The notes: generated by a model not told the origin, from the letters alone. A stretch of 64,000 nt of DNA from Basidiobolus meristosporus CBS 931.73 (GCA_002104905.1 MCFE01000476.1:4694-68693), one strand, 5' to 3'; positions 48,134-62,111 are shown, counted from the stretch's first letter. Translations and numbers: made by a program.

Positions 48134-51086
48134 TGCTTTGCCAAGTAAGCCTCCAATAGCTTGGTCATGAAGTTTGCTCTCTATTCAATAGAATCTCTTC
48201 AGGGCATCCAAACCTCATAAAGATCTCTTGATCAATGAAACTGTCAACTGCTTGCTCACTGGCCACAGGTACCAGTTCAGCAATTCTCTGAGGTTGGCCT
48301 TGGTTGATTTGCAATTTGGGCATATTTCACTAGCTTCTCAATATCTTGTTTCATTCTCTGCCACAATGTACTGGCTTTCACAAGGCTAAAGGTTCCTTTA
48401 ATTCCAAGATATCATGTCCATTATGTAACTGATGTATAAAGCCCAGGCAAGCAACATAAGGATAATGGGCAATAAGCCTTCCATCAACAATTTGGTAGAA
48501 TGTTTCATCCTGTACTACAAATTTGCGGGCTTCATCCTGGATTATTTTTTGATCTGTTCATCTGCCTCATTATAAATGGCTTGGTTCTTGAAGTATTTGG
48601 GTAATAAGTTAGGCTGCTCTGATTCATGCACTCAGTTGAGTTGTGCAACTTATTCTAGTCTTGATAAAACATCAGCAACTGTTGTGTTTTTCCCTGGGCA
48701 TTTGACTATCTCAAAGTCAATTTGCTGCTTCATCTTGTCATTCTTCTGGATAATAGCTTTGTAGTAAATATATACTTGAGTGAGGTGTGATCAGTCTTCA
48801 CAGTGGGCTTGACTCCTTCAATGTGGTATCTCCATGTCTTCAAGCAGTGCACTATGGCAAGCATCTTCTTCTCATGCACTGGATAGTCTTGCTCTGCTGA
48901 GCTCAATTTCTTGTACTCAGAGGCACCTGAGTAGTTCTTTCCCTCATGTTCTTGGCTCAGTATTCCACCAATTGCATAATCTGAAGCATCTGTGCACAGA
49001 ATAAACCCTTTTCTGAAGTCTGGGATTATTAAGCTTTGCAGCTGAGCAAGTTCATTTTTGAGAGTCTGTAAGACAATTGCACAGGCTAAGCTCCACTTTA
49101 AGGTGCTACCTTTCTTCAGATCTTAGTTGAAGGGCCTGCAATACTTGCAAAAGACTTAACAAATTTCCAATAATAGGAAACCATTCCAAGGAACAATCTG
49201 AGATCTAATATGCTATGGGGTTGCTTTAGATTCTTGAAACTTTCACCCTTCTTGGGGCCTGAGGTCACTCCTGTGATGTTCACTATGTGTCCCAGGTACT
49301 CAACATGTTTCTCCAAGAATTCTCAATTTGCTAACTTGCCATACAGCTTGTTCTCTCTTAGCTTATGCAAGAGCTTTTCAATGTGTACCAAGTGTTCCTA
49401 TTCTTTCTTGCTCTATAGTAATAGGTTGTCTAGGTAGATTACCACAAACTTGTCCATGTACTTATGGAAGACTGTTGCATCAAAGTCATGAATGTTGCAG
49501 GGGCATTGGTAAGGCCAAAACTCACTAGTAAGACTTGTAATACACATATCTGGTCCTGATGTGGACCAACAGATGTCTTCTCATTTCACCCTAAACTGGT
49601 TGTATCCTTAGTTGAGGTCAATCTTGCTGAATATGGTGACTGAATTGAGTTGGTTAAAAAGCTCATCAATCCAGAGCACTGGGTACTTATTTTTTGCGGT
49701 AACTGAGTTGAGGGCTCTGTAGTCAATGTACATCCAGAGTGTTCCATCCTTCTTTATCTATGGGTAATGGTGATCCCCATGGTGACTTGCTGGGACTGCC
49801 ATAGCCTTGCTCCAATAATTGACCTTTTTGTCTCCTCATCTTTTCCAACTTCAATGGACTTAACTGTGCAGTGTGTCTTACTCATTGGGGGGCTATCTCC
49901 TGTGTCAATGTCATGGTCTATGTCTCTGACTGATGGTAGGCCTCTAAGTTCATCTAGAAACACAAGTGAGGACTCCTTCAAAAGAGCTTGGACCTCCTGG
50001 TGTGCTGGTGTAGAGGAATACTCCTGCAATACCATCATGAGGAACATTTGAATACATTTTCTAAGTGCCCCCCAGAACTGTGTCTTGCTAAGTTCACTTG
50101 TTTCAGACACAATTCAATTGACCAGCTTAAAGTCTGGGCTAGCAGGTAATGGCTCATAGGTATTGTTGCCCTCCTGAATCTGAACTCTTTCAATTGGTCC
50201 AAGTAGACATCTATATTGATACATGTACTCTTGAACCATTCCTTTTAGTCTGTGTGTCTTCAGCTTCCTTCTTAGCAGTATTTGCTGATGTGGGGTTTCA
50301 AAAGCATCCTGAATTTCCAGCACAAACTCATCCCAGATAGAGATAGTAGCTCATCCCATTGTGGAGCTGGCCTGATCTTTTGTGGCACCACTGTAAAGCC
50401 ACCTCTGTAAAGTAGGAAGTTGTGTAACATAAATTTCTCTGGGGAAATTCCCTTAGCCTTAAAAGCTTCTTCAATCTGGCAGAGCCAGGCTCCCAGGTTT
50501 CCATTTACTCTGCCATAGTACTGGTTGACCTTAGCACAAGAGTTGCTCTTGATGGGGTTTTGCTGGCTCTGGGCCATGATGGTCATTCCCTATTGCTGCT
50601 GGATAAGAATCTGTAGTAACTGTGGCTGCATATTATTCTTCCATTGTTGATTTTCTAACATCTTGAGGAAAACTTCTTCTTTCTTCAGGGGGGAGGTTTC
50701 TGATTATTGCTGCTACCAATGTTACAAGTCTTAATATAGGAGTTTTCAAGTAATTGCAAGTTTAGTTAGTATTGCATTTGCTAAAACTTGAACAGATCTT
50801 TATTGAGGTTCCAGCAGCTACTCATATACAATTTGTCAGATCAATTGCTGACCAATTGTATTTCATAATGTAAGTTGTGGCTGACAATGCATTTAATTGC
50901 ACCATTGTCACCCAATGAGATCCAATTTAATATATCAATTTCTGTCCGGTAAGGATTAGCTGATTCATCTGCTGACCAATACTACGGATTTGATAGACAA
51001 CAATAATATATTGAGAAGCTAAACATAAAACTAATTTATTTGATTAACTTGGTCTAACTTAAACATTGAAGCAGTAGATCATAGCA
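48134..51086 (-). mobile_element. Ty3/Gypsy relic B: 5' LTR (50720-51086), PBS TGGTAGCAG, gag, RT, RNase H, start of integrase
   Basis: LTR homologous to 40700-41067; PBS 50710-50718 (3' end of tRNA-iMet type); AWLCQIEEAF gag motif, IDHDIDTGD, VEYLGHIV, LRLFLGMVSYY. Confidence 0.82.
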
Positions 51087-51099
51087 TATGTTTGCCTCA

Positions 51100-53069
51100 G
51101 GAGCATCATATGAGCATATGCCAGAGCAATTTGCCCTGTAAGCTGAAATTAACTTCAAACCCACCAAATCAACTTCAACTACAACAGCTGATGGGGACTC
51201 TTACACAGATAACCTTATGGCTCAGCCAGTAAGAATGAAGATCAATGACTATGAAGTGTACCCACAGGCCTGCATAAATGAGAACAGCAGGTTTGACCTT
51301 GCACCTGGGAAACTTGACTATTCTGTGGTATCTATCAATCAACTGCATAACACATGCCATGCAGATCCAAAAAGGCAATTAAAGTTATGAGCTCCTACCT
51401 GCCAGACTGGACTTCACCTTGGTCAATTCCAGTGTGTGTGAAACAAGTAGCTTAACAATACACAGATCTGTGGAGCACTTAGAAAAGGTATGCAGATGTT
51501 TTCATATATATACTGCTGGAGAATTCCTGTACTCCAGTATCTCAGAAGGTCCAGACTCTTTTGAAGGAATTTTCAGATGTGTTTCCAGATGAGCTTTTTA
51601 GCCTACCATCCAACAGAAACATGGATCATACCATTGACACAGGAAATAGCCCTCTAGTAAGCAAGATACCTTACAGAATGAGTACAGAGTTGCAAGAGAC
51701 AAAGAGACAAATAGATCAGTTACTGGAGCAAGGATACATCAAACTCAGCAAGTCACCTTGGTGAGCACCAGTTTCTTTTGTGAAGAAGAAGGATGGAATA
51801 CTTTAGATGTGCTTTGACTGCAGGGTGCACAACTCAGTTACTATAAAGAATAAGTACTCCATACCTTGGACTGATGAGCTTTTGGACCAACTCAATGCAG
51901 CCACCATATTCAGCAAGATTGACCTCATGTCAGGATACAACCAGTTTAGGGTGAAACTAGAAGACATCCCTGAGACTGCATTCAGAACCAGATATACACA
52001 CTACAAGTACTTAGTTGTGAGTTTTGGCCCACCAATGCCCTTGCAATAGTTGTGACCTTTATGCAAGCCATCTTCCATCAGTACTTACACAAGTTTGAGG
52101 TAGTCTACCTAGATGATATTGAAATATTGGACTATTTGGTATCATTCAGCAGCTAGAAATTTACTTAACAATTCTAGACTAGTCTTAGTCACTGTAGGAC
52201 TCATTTACTGCCTTAACTTTGCCACTTTCTCCAGATATATGATCTTATGATTATTCCCCTATAGTCAGGATCAAATTAGCACTATTACCAAACATTATGT
52301 ACTAACCCTGAAACTGTTACAGAATGCTCCTGAATATTGAGAAACCCTCCCTACTTAGTGTTGCAGCTGTATTACTTCTACAAAGGTATAAATACTGAGC
52401 TTCTTTATGAATAAACAACAGTTCAACTATTATCACTATTTCTTGATAAGTTCCTTATATGCAAATCACTTCTTAAATTGCAACAGATGACGTGTTGATA
52501 TACAGCAAGACAGAAGAGGACCACTGGGTACTCATTGAAAAGGTCTTAAAGAAGCTAATAGAGAACAAGCTATATGGCAAGCTACCAAAGTGTCCATTTG
52601 TAAAGGAGCATGTTGAATACCAAGGACATACATTGACTAGCACAGGAGTGACCCTAGGCCCCAGGAAGATTGTAATCATCAGGAATCTGAAGCAGCCCCA
52701 TTGCATATTAGTACTCATATTGTTCCTTGAAATGGCTTGCTATTATTGGAGATTTGTCAAGTCCTTTGCAAGTATTGCAGCCCTTTAACTAAAATCTCAA
52801 GAAAGATGGCACCCTGAAGTGAGACATAGCCTGTGAGACTGTCTTTCAGACTCTTAAAAATGAACTTGCTAAGCCACCAAGCTTAAGAGTCCCAGACTTC
52901 AGAAAGGAGTTTACTCTGTGCACAGATGCTTCAGATTATGCAACTGGTGGAATACCAAGGCAGGAATATAAGGGAATGCACTACCCAGTTGCTTCTGAGT
53001 TTAAGAAGCTGGACTCAACAGAACAAAACTATCCAGTGCATGAGAAGGGGATGCTTGCCACAATACAAT
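51100..53069 (+). pseudogene. Ty3/Gypsy relic C: protease end, RT, RNase H start
   Basis: MDHTIDTG, IDELLDQL-like, [16 protein letters not shown] (split), VEYQGH, CTDASDYA. Confidence 0.82.
52117..52485 (+). mobile_element. Copia B solo LTR inside the Gypsy RT YLDD motif
   Basis: TSD GATGA (52112-52116, 52486-52490). Confidence 0.92.
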
Positions 53070-54250
53070 AGACTTGTTCCATCATACTGTGCTAGGGTAC
53101 ACTGCACAATTCACCGTTTCTAAGAACAATTGGGTGCAATATTGTAGCTACCAGTAGCCAGGATTGCTCTTGGACAATTTTGCACCATGTGGGACAGTCC
53201 TGCTCACTATGGCACAGTTGGACACTATGAGGTTGGCACAGATGATTGCACCAACTGGTAATGGCTGCATTACATGCACAATTGGATACCACTATTATGG
53301 TCAATAAACTCCAATATTTTGATATGTTTCTTTAATGTAAATGGAAGTAAATGTGTATCACACTACAAACTACACCAGTACTTACCATTTTGGCTCCCAT
53401 CACTCCAATTGGATAGTATATCAATGCTTAATTAGTCCAAAAGTATCCTGAAGCTGTCAGCCCCTAATTGGCTCTTTGACCAATACACAGGCTACCTGAT
53501 TTGCAAGCAAATATTCCACTTTGTTCATTCAGCAAGTAATTCCCTGATCCTGGTGATTGGATAAAGTGTCATAGCTAGCACGCAACCAATCAGATATGTC
53601 CAAAACAGATAAAATGGCTGCACTGGTGTTACAGATGATGTATATATATGCAGGGTGTTTATTTATTGGGGTTCTGGCTCAAATTTGAAATGACCTGGAT
53701 TTTATTTATATCAAAAATTCAGTGACCACACATTTGCAATGGCTTAATTTGGATTGCAAAAAGAAATGTGTTGATTGGATTATGACCAACAATAGCAATT
53801 CAATGCAATAGCATAATCTTCTCCTAGGTTTTCTTCACATAGAGATTATGTTGAAATACTAGAGAGATATATTGGAAGTGAATTGGAGAATTAGAAGATT
53901 TACATGATATTCACTTGATGTTTTATTGAGTTGCAACACAGTATTTATACTTATTGCAGAACTACATAAATGTGACTACTTGGTCATTATCAGGGGAGTC
54001 TCAGGAGTGCATGTGCCAAGTTTCAGCTCATTTGGACAAGTTTTAGATTTTCCTAAAATTCTGTACTTCTCTATTTCCTAATAATTAGTAAATATCTTAC
54101 AAACTAATTTCCATGTTGATAATCTGAAATATATCAGTTCACTAAGTGCTAGCTCATAATATATTAATAATTAGGTGGACTCCGAATTATTTCAACAGAT
54201 TACTGCTGAAGCATTTGGTAGTGATTCACTTTGCACACCTAAACTATTTT
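53070..54250. mobile_element. Decayed, truncated copy of the PHIS element (left end to ORF2 C-terminus)
   Basis: AAT|AGACTTGTTCCATC; collinear with 18702-19520 with most CpGs lost. Confidence 0.85.
53849..54197 (-). mobile_element. Copia C solo LTR (349 bp)
   Basis: TGTTGAAAT...ATTTCAACA; TSD GATTA (53844-53848, 54198-54202). Confidence 0.9.
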
Positions 54251-54259
54251 TTGATGGTC

Positions 54260-54460
54260 TTTGCATGGTGCTCTGATGGGATTATCATAATAATTTCTCA
54301 TAGAGTAGTTTGTTGTTGACTACAGGGGAATAATCACAGGATGATAGAGATGAAATAGAGTGCAAAGTTGGGGCTGTAAATCAGTCCCACTGCGGCTGAG
54401 ACTAGTCCTGAATTGCAAAGTAAATTTTTAGCTGCTGAATGATACCAAATAATCCAATAT
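54260..54460 (-). repeat. Partial, diverged Copia B-type LTR
   Basis: Matches 47020-47172 (GACTAGTCC...AGCTGCTGAATGATACCAAATA). Confidence 0.55.
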
Positions 54461-54830
54461 GCTGTAACTTTGTAGAGATTCTCATTACCTACTTGATTAA
54501 GAGCCTGAGGAGTCTGCATTATTACCATCAGTGGGAACACTGTCAACATGGCCTTTTTTGGATGTAGCCCTTCTTGTTGCACTGAATATCATAGCAGGCT
54601 GTTGCAAAATGCTCTTCTTCTTTCATGTGTGTTGGGTTTGCACTGGAACAACGCAAATTTATTTGATTGTTTTGGCAGCGTATATACGGAAGCTAGTCAT
54701 ACCAAAAGGGAAATACCATTTTTATATGTGTGTATTTGCTGCCACAACTCTATCTATAATATTCATGGTAGGGGGTTATCATTGAATCTTTCATGCATAT
54801 AGGCATACTGTCTTTTAAGGTATTGTTTCA

Positions 54831-57260
54831 CCCTGTGCAAATAGTATGGTTCCGCAGGTGGACCCAATTTATGTCTGCTGTCAGGATCCAAGAGTGAGGC
54901 TGTCATAATTTCAGCAGCCTGGAATCCTCAACCCTCTGAACAGTCTTGTGGCAGGATTGTGATGGCAATTTGCTGTCCTCACTTCTAAATTTCAGGCAGT
55001 AACTTGGTGGTGTCTTTTGATGGAACATACATTGCATTCAGGTAGCTTTAATGTAGTCAACATTTATTTCAACAGCTATAACTGGCTAATACTTGCATTT
55101 GCCTTGTATGGTAAAGACTTGACAGTGCTATCATAGTCTTGATGTAGACCTCTACTGACATTATGATAGTATGGCAACCTATAGCTGGTTCTGTATAGTG
55201 CTACAATACCTTTTTACCAAATGGCATTTTATTTTTCTACCTCTCCTTGCACCTTTCATTTATTTCACTACATAATCATGCCTCTTGATTTGCTTATTTA
55301 CTGCTACCATGGGTATTCCACAAGTAGATTGAGTCAGTTAAAGCTATGGCCTCCTGCTGGCAAACATGCAACTGACACAATTTCATCCCCTTAACTTACA
55401 GCTTTTCAATATGATACTTGCCAAGTTGCCAAGTAGTGTCTAGTACACCAACACCTCAAGGCCAGCATACTATGGGACTATTGGGAGCTCACGGCCAAGC
55501 TGAATGTGCTTGACTTGCTCCATGAGCATTATCCTGGACTTAAACAGGTAAATGGTTTTTGGGCCAGCAGTGGTATGCTAAGAAAGTATCTCAAGAGTAT
55601 CAGAAACTACTGAAGGCATAAGAACAAGGGTGCCATGGCTAAAAACCAGCAGCTCCTTAAAGAGCTTGTTACATGCAGGGCTGAAAGCTCCATATAAGTG
55701 GCAAAAAAATGTTGGGTTGCCAGAAGATTGCCATTGATGGCAAGCAGGCAGAAACGGATGCGTCAGTGCAGCATTGATAAAGGAAAAAACATAGCTCAAT
55801 ATAAGAAGCACTCAGTCAAAGTAGCAGTGAAGGACCTTGCAGTGATAAAAACCTGCAGCTTTCTCAGGAGCCTGTCAAAAACAGGGCTGAATGCTCAAAT
55901 CAAGTGGCAAAGAAATGTCAGGTTGCCAGGAGAGTGCCATTCAGAGACACATGTATCAGTGCAGCATTTAGCATAGTTCTATATAAGAAGCACTCAGTTA
56001 CAGTGGCTGTGAAGGAGCTGAGTGCAATACAGTCCTATGGCTTTCTCAGCAGCCTGACACAAGCAGGACTGAAAGCTCTAAATGTGTGGCAAAGAAACGT
56101 CAGGTTGCTGGGAGAGGGATGGCAAGGGACAAGCAGGCAAAAATGAATGCACCTATGCAGCATGCTTCAAGGAGGAAATGTGGTACAATTCAAGAAGCAC
56201 TATGTCAAAGTAGTATTAGAAAACCTCACAGTGATAAAGGTACAGGTTAAGAGAGAGTGTCTACCCAGGCCAGAGACAGGGAGTCATGAGAAAAAGCTGC
56301 AGCTCTCACCAATTAACACTGTCAGCCCAGAACAGGATGAATACCATTAAGCCAAGAAGAGTTACCAACAAGAAAACAGCCGTTTTTTCAAGAGCCAAAA
56401 GTGCAGTCAGTTGAGCTACACTCCAGTGAGGTAGATGAGCTTGCAGAGAAAAGCAGATTGTCTACCACTGCCTTCATGTCCTCCATTGAACACAGAGTGT
56501 AGATCCCACTGACAGACAAAGCAACAGCATCAAGAGCTTAAAGACTATCACAATGCCTACAGAGTGAAATCTAGAATATTAATACTCACACCAAGAGGCT
56601 GCAGCACTTCTTCTAGAGCAGGCTCAAGAAAATGAACTTGAACATTGCATGACTTATTGCAAAGACTGGCAAATGAGGTTCTAGACCTTGCAGTGCTGGC
56701 TAAAGACCAGGACATATGGGAATCAGTGAATGAAGAGTGGCACAAAGTTTTAGGGTTTGCGCCAAAGTCATGGAAAAAGGGCATTGCAGTAGAAATGCTT
56801 TTGAGTGGTGGATTTAAATGGAATACTTGATGAGTGTGGGGCTGGGCTTAGTATTAGTGTTGGGTATAGGGACTTATATAGGTCAGTATCATTGGCAATT
56901 GAAGTTCAAAAGAAGCTTCAATGGAAATAAACCAAATTGTATGCATAAAAAGTAAGAGAATTGGGTGAGTTAGGTAGAAAGGACTATGGAAAAGAGGCAG
57001 TAGCCAATCAATTGACACAAATGTAGGAGGTTACTTCTTGTCTGTGATCAGAAAGTGAGAGAGCTGGCAGAGTATTAACTAAAGGCCACTTTTCAATTGT
57101 TGCAACAAAGAATTTTGACTAAGCTTTTTGTAAAATCTAGGGTTCAATGATTTTTTATGGGCTTTCCGCAGTGTTCAGATAGGATCAATACCTCTTGGTG
57201 ATGGGATTTTCATTTTGTGACAGCCTTTTGATGGGATTTTCACAGTTATTTCTCATGGGG
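54831..57260. mobile_element. Internally deleted CACTA/CMC copy
   Basis: Left end CCCTGTGCAAAT, right end TTTCTCATGGG; transposase 3' region fused at about 55435 to the middle of ORF X; no matching TSD. Confidence 0.55.
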
Positions 57261-58325
57261 GCGCTTACCTAATTTGAATATGATTGCATATCACAAAGTT
57301 GTGTAACACATGGTATATCCAATGCTGGTGACTAATCACAATGAGCAATACATGGGATAATACTGATAATATTGGCAGAGAATGGGAGAATTCTGATCAA
57401 GTTAAATATCAGCAGGCTTGCTAGAACTGCTATGTAAATAAACTTGTCTTTGAGAGGTATGTCTACCCTACTACAACACCACTCACTAATGGCAGGTATA
57501 CTGTGGGACCATCAGAAACTAATGGCCAAGCTATGCACACTTGACTTGCTACATGAGCATTATCCTAGACTGAAACAAGAAAATGGATTATGGGCCAGCA
57601 TCAGTATACTGAGACAGTTTCTCAAGATTGGTGGTAGTCATTACGGGCAGAAGAACATGGGTGCCATGGCTGAAAATCAGTGGCTTTCTCAAAAGCTTTT
57701 CACAATTGGGATTTAAAGCTCCTAACAAAAGAGTGCAGACAAGAGATAAGCAGGAATAAATAGATGCACCAGTGCAGTATTTATCAAAGAGAAACATGGT
57801 ACATTGCAATAATCACTCAGTTCAAGCATCAGCAATTGGCCTGTCAGTGATAAAAGTAAATGGAAAGGAAAAAAAGTCTACTCAAGTCAGAGACACAGAA
57901 GCATGAGAAAAGAGGCGCAGTTTTCACCAATTAATGCTGTCAACTTAAAGCTGTCTGCATCCTATACTAGCAAGGAAGAAATATCAGTCAGACAACAGCT
58001 GATTCAGTAGAGTTGAAACACTGCCTGCTCAGCTGCACTCTAGTGAGGCAGATGAGTTTGTAGAGAAAGGCACCATGTCTGCTACAGCCACTATGTTCTC
58101 CTTGTAGACAGAAATGCTATGCTTTAAAATGCTAGCTGAAGACTAATATGTGTGGGAACTTGTGAATGAACAAAGGCATAAGGCTGTAGGGCTCACATAT
58201 ATTCTGAGAGAATACAATATCAATTAGCACTCATGTCAAGCTTTGTAATCAACTACTCACTGCTTCTGTAAAGAATTACAACTAAACATATGAAGAAAAA
58301 GTGTCAGTCAAGTACTAGCAAAAAA

Positions 58326-61300
58326 CTAGTTGAATACCAGCAGATTAATAGATGTATCCCAAGTGTGAATCATTTCATAGGGGCCTGGAACAGTCCAAAT
58401 AACAAATTTGCCACAAAGAATAAACAACAAGACAAAAGCTATCTTCTCTAAGTATGGAAGCTTCACCATATGCAACACACTGCATTGAGCTTGATAAGCT
58501 ATCAGAGTTTTGACCAAGTTAAGGTTTGTCTCCATTGGGGTAGCTGCCGGTTTACAGTCTTCCATTTTGTACTTCTTTAGTGTATCTTGAATATACTTGG
58601 ATTGGCTTAGGGTAATAGTCTGGGTACTTCTGTCTATGGAGAACTTAATCCCTAAGTAGTAACTAAGTTCTCCTAGATCGGACATCTTGAACTCCTTAGA
58701 TAGGCTGGATTTAGTCTCTTCCAATGTTTCTAGGTTATTGGCGGCTATAATAAGATCATCCACATATAGAGCTAATAGAACTGGATTTGCTCTATCTGGC
58801 TTATAGTATATACTATAGTCAGCATTACTTCTTTTGAAACTCAAAGATTCCAAATAAGAATCTATCTTGCAATTCCAGGCTCTTGGTGATTGTTTGAGAC
58901 CATATAGTGACTTTTTAAGCTTGCAGACCAAATGGGGGTTATCTTGGTCAACAAGCCCACCAGGCTGGTCCATATACACGTCCTCATCAAGTTCTTCATT
59001 CAAAAATGCAGTTTTTACATCCATTTGATGAATAAAAAGCTTATATTTGGCTGCAATAGCCAATATTAATCTGATGGAATTAAACTTGGCTACCGGTGCA
59101 AAGGTCTCAGTATAGTCAAGTCCTTTTGTTTGAGAGTATCCTTTGGCTACAAGTCTTGCTTTGTATCTTTCAATTGTACCATCAGCCTTGTATTTTGTCT
59201 TGAAGACCCATCTGCATCCAATTGATTTTTGGTTGATTGGTAATTTGACTAAGTCCCAAGTTTGATTTTCCATCAGTGCCTGATATTCCTCAGTCATTGC
59301 AGATCTCCAAAACTTTGTCTGAGGGCTATTTAGGGCCTCTTTTACAGTTTGGGGTTCATCAATATGGACTGAATAGGCATAGGCTAAGTTTGTACCCTCA
59401 TTGATATAGTAATTTGGGCTATTTCTTGTCCGATTGGATCTCCGGGCATTTGATAGTGGAATGATCACTTCTGGGATATTCCTGGGCATTGATTCTGGCT
59501 GAACCACTGTTGTAGAGTCCTCTGGAGTGAAAAAATTTTCATTGTTTTGCTCTGATTCAATCCTGACAATTGGTGGACTTGAGATCAAATTTTTGTCATC
59601 ATCTGATGTCATTTTTTGTGAAAATTTTGAATTTTCATCAAACAACACATCCCTGGACTTGATAAGCTTCTTTGCTTCGGTATTGTAGAGTCTGTATGCC
59701 TTACTCTCATTGCAGTAGCCCAAAAATATGCATTTTACACTTTTTGGCTCAAATTTTGACTGATTTCTGGGCAGTTTTTTGGTATATGCTGTACACCCAA
59801 ATATTCTTAGATGTTGTGCACTTGGTCTGTATCCATACCATGCTTCAAATGGAGTAGAATCACGAAGTATTCTGTTATAACTCCTATTTTTAAGATATAC
59901 AGCAGTGGCAACTGATTTTGCCCAAAAATCATAGGATAATTTTTGATCATGGATCATAGATCTTGCCATATCAATTATTGATCTGTTAGCTCGTTCTGCT
60001 ACTCCATTTTGCTGTGGGGAGTATGGTACAGTAGTCTCTTGCTTTATCCCATGAATTTTGCAGAAGTGGATGAAGAGTTTTGAGGTATATTCTCCACCAT
60101 TGTCAGAGCGTATTTTCTTGATTTTTTCACCAGTTTCTCTCTCCACCATGGCTTTAAGCTCCCTGAACTTAGACAGAGCTTCTTCCTTTCTCTCCATGAA
60201 GTAGACCAATGTGTATCTTGTATAATCATCAATAAAAGTGATTAAATACTTCATCCCACCTAAGGATAAATTTTGCATAGGTCCACACAGATCTGAGTGA
60301 ATTAGATCTAATTTTTTCTTAGTTTTGATTAACCCAAAGCTCTTGAATGGTTGTCTGGCTTGTTTCCCATATATGCAGGCTTCACTGGGCTCCAAATTAG
60401 CTGGGGGATCAATTTTCACTCCAGAAATTAGCTGATCTTTGATCATTTTACGCAAATAATCAAAGTTGATGTGCCCAAATCTCCTGTGCCAAAGCATTGG
60501 TGTTTCTTCATTTAAGTTACTTATATTGGCTTCCAGATATGATGGAATATAAGTCAACTTGTATAGATTCTGATCTCTGATACCCAAAGCAATATGGGCA
60601 CCATTTTGATCAGTGATCCTGCATCCAGAATTGTCAAAACTGAAACTGAGTCCTTCTGCTGTGGCCTTGCTTACAGAGAGTAGGTTCTTGGCTATTTCTG
60701 GTACATAGAGTACTTCTTTGAAGGTCAGTGTATGGCTTCCTTCACTGCTTCTAAGGTTTACTTTGATAGTTCCTTCTCCCACTGCATCAAGTGTTCTATT
60801 GTCACCCATGAAAACCTTCTTAATTGGAATTTCTTGATATTGGGTAAAAAGTTCTTTTTGGTGTGTAAAGTGCTGAGATGCTCCAGAGTCAATATACCAC
60901 GTCTGAGAATCCTTGTTTGTGGTCATATTTAGTGCAGATATGAATAGTCTATCTTCAGTTGTTGCAGCATTTCCATATTCAGGTGTCTTTTGCTGATAAT
61001 CTCTCTTCTTGAGACACCGGTCTGATGTGTGTCCTTTCCTTTTGCAGTAGTTGCAAAATAGGTTGCTGTTACCTTTGTAGGGTCTTGGGTACCTCCTTTG
61101 TTGGTTATCATTGCTTATTAAAGCATTTTCTTCTTCCTTCTTATTGGTGCTTGATTTTCTTAATTCTTCATCCAGGAGCCTTCCATATACGTAATTTAAG
61201 GTCAAATCTTCAGTTCTGGACTCTAGGGCTGATACAAGACCCTGAAACTCGTCTGTCAGGCTATTCAGGATGGTAACTATCACATCCTCATCAGTAGTTG

Positions 61301-61730
61301 GTACGCCCACAGATTCCATCTCATCTACCAGCAGGGTATTTCTGTTAATTAGATTTTTCATTTCTTCTCCTGGCAGCATCTTTGTAGTAAAGAATTTTCT
61401 TCTTAGATACATTTTCTTGGCAGCTGAACATGACTGGTAGGTGTCTTCTAATGCCTTCCAGGCATTCTTTGCCGTTTTTGCTCTTGAGCATTGAATTAGC
61501 AATTTGTCCTTGACATTAAGGCAAATGCAGTTAAAGGCACTTTGTTCTTTCTTCTGGTACATTAAGGCTTCCTCTCCCACATTTTTAGGAGGGCATTCTT
61601 CTCCCATGACAATATCCCAAAGGCCTCTTTCTTGTAGCAGCATCTTCATCTTCACCTTCCACACTTGGTAGTTAGATCCATCCTACTTTTCAGCAGAGGG
61701 AAAAATTCCAGTAATAGCAGTAGTAGACAC
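58326..61730 (-). pseudogene. gag-pol: Copia A gag-pol: long open frame (1112 aa from 61664), but start ATG>GTG, a TAG at 61683-61685 and loss of RNase H
   Basis: Gag, CCHC, protease, integrase (SDNGGEY, PQQNGVAER) and RT (HQMDVKTAF, LYVDDLII). The last ~58 codons are unrelated read-through. Confidence 0.9.
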
Positions 61731-62111
61731 TGCAGAGAGTGACAGCTTGGGGCTCATAACCTGTTGTAAGAGTCTTGGAGATATTGAAAGTGATTGGGAG
61801 AACAAGTAGATTATGTGGTTTTCACTTAATGATTTATTGAATGTAAAAATAGTATTTATACTTTTGCCTGGTCTTGGCATAACAAACACATAGAATAGGT
61901 TAAGGAAGGTCCCAAGAGCATGTGTGCAAAGTTTGGGGCTGTTTGGGCAACTTTGAGAATTTTCATGTTCTGGGTACCTGGTATTTTGGTGAAAATATTC
62001 TAAGTAAATCCCAACAAGGAATTTGGTCAGTATTCTCTAGGATTTGAAGGTAATGATCTAAGTGACTAAGTTAGGTGAATATTTAGGTTGAAATACAAAT
62101 TTTTTACAACA
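58504..62111 (-). mobile_element. Copia A copy 2, 3'-truncated (no RNase H, no 3' LTR)
   Basis: LTR 61762-62111, PBS 61749-61761. Homology to other Copia A copies stops at about 58504 (…LNLVKT). Confidence 0.92.

Noticed and set aside
54827-57265. Second confirmation of the 4-bp CMC TSD
   Set aside because: The flanks (TTCA versus GGCG/GCGC) do not match, so this copy cannot support the TSD length.
58326-61664. Intact, active Copia polyprotein (1112 aa)
   Set aside because: The start codon is mutated, there is an early TAG, RNase H and the 3' LTR are missing, and the C-terminal 58 aa are read-through.
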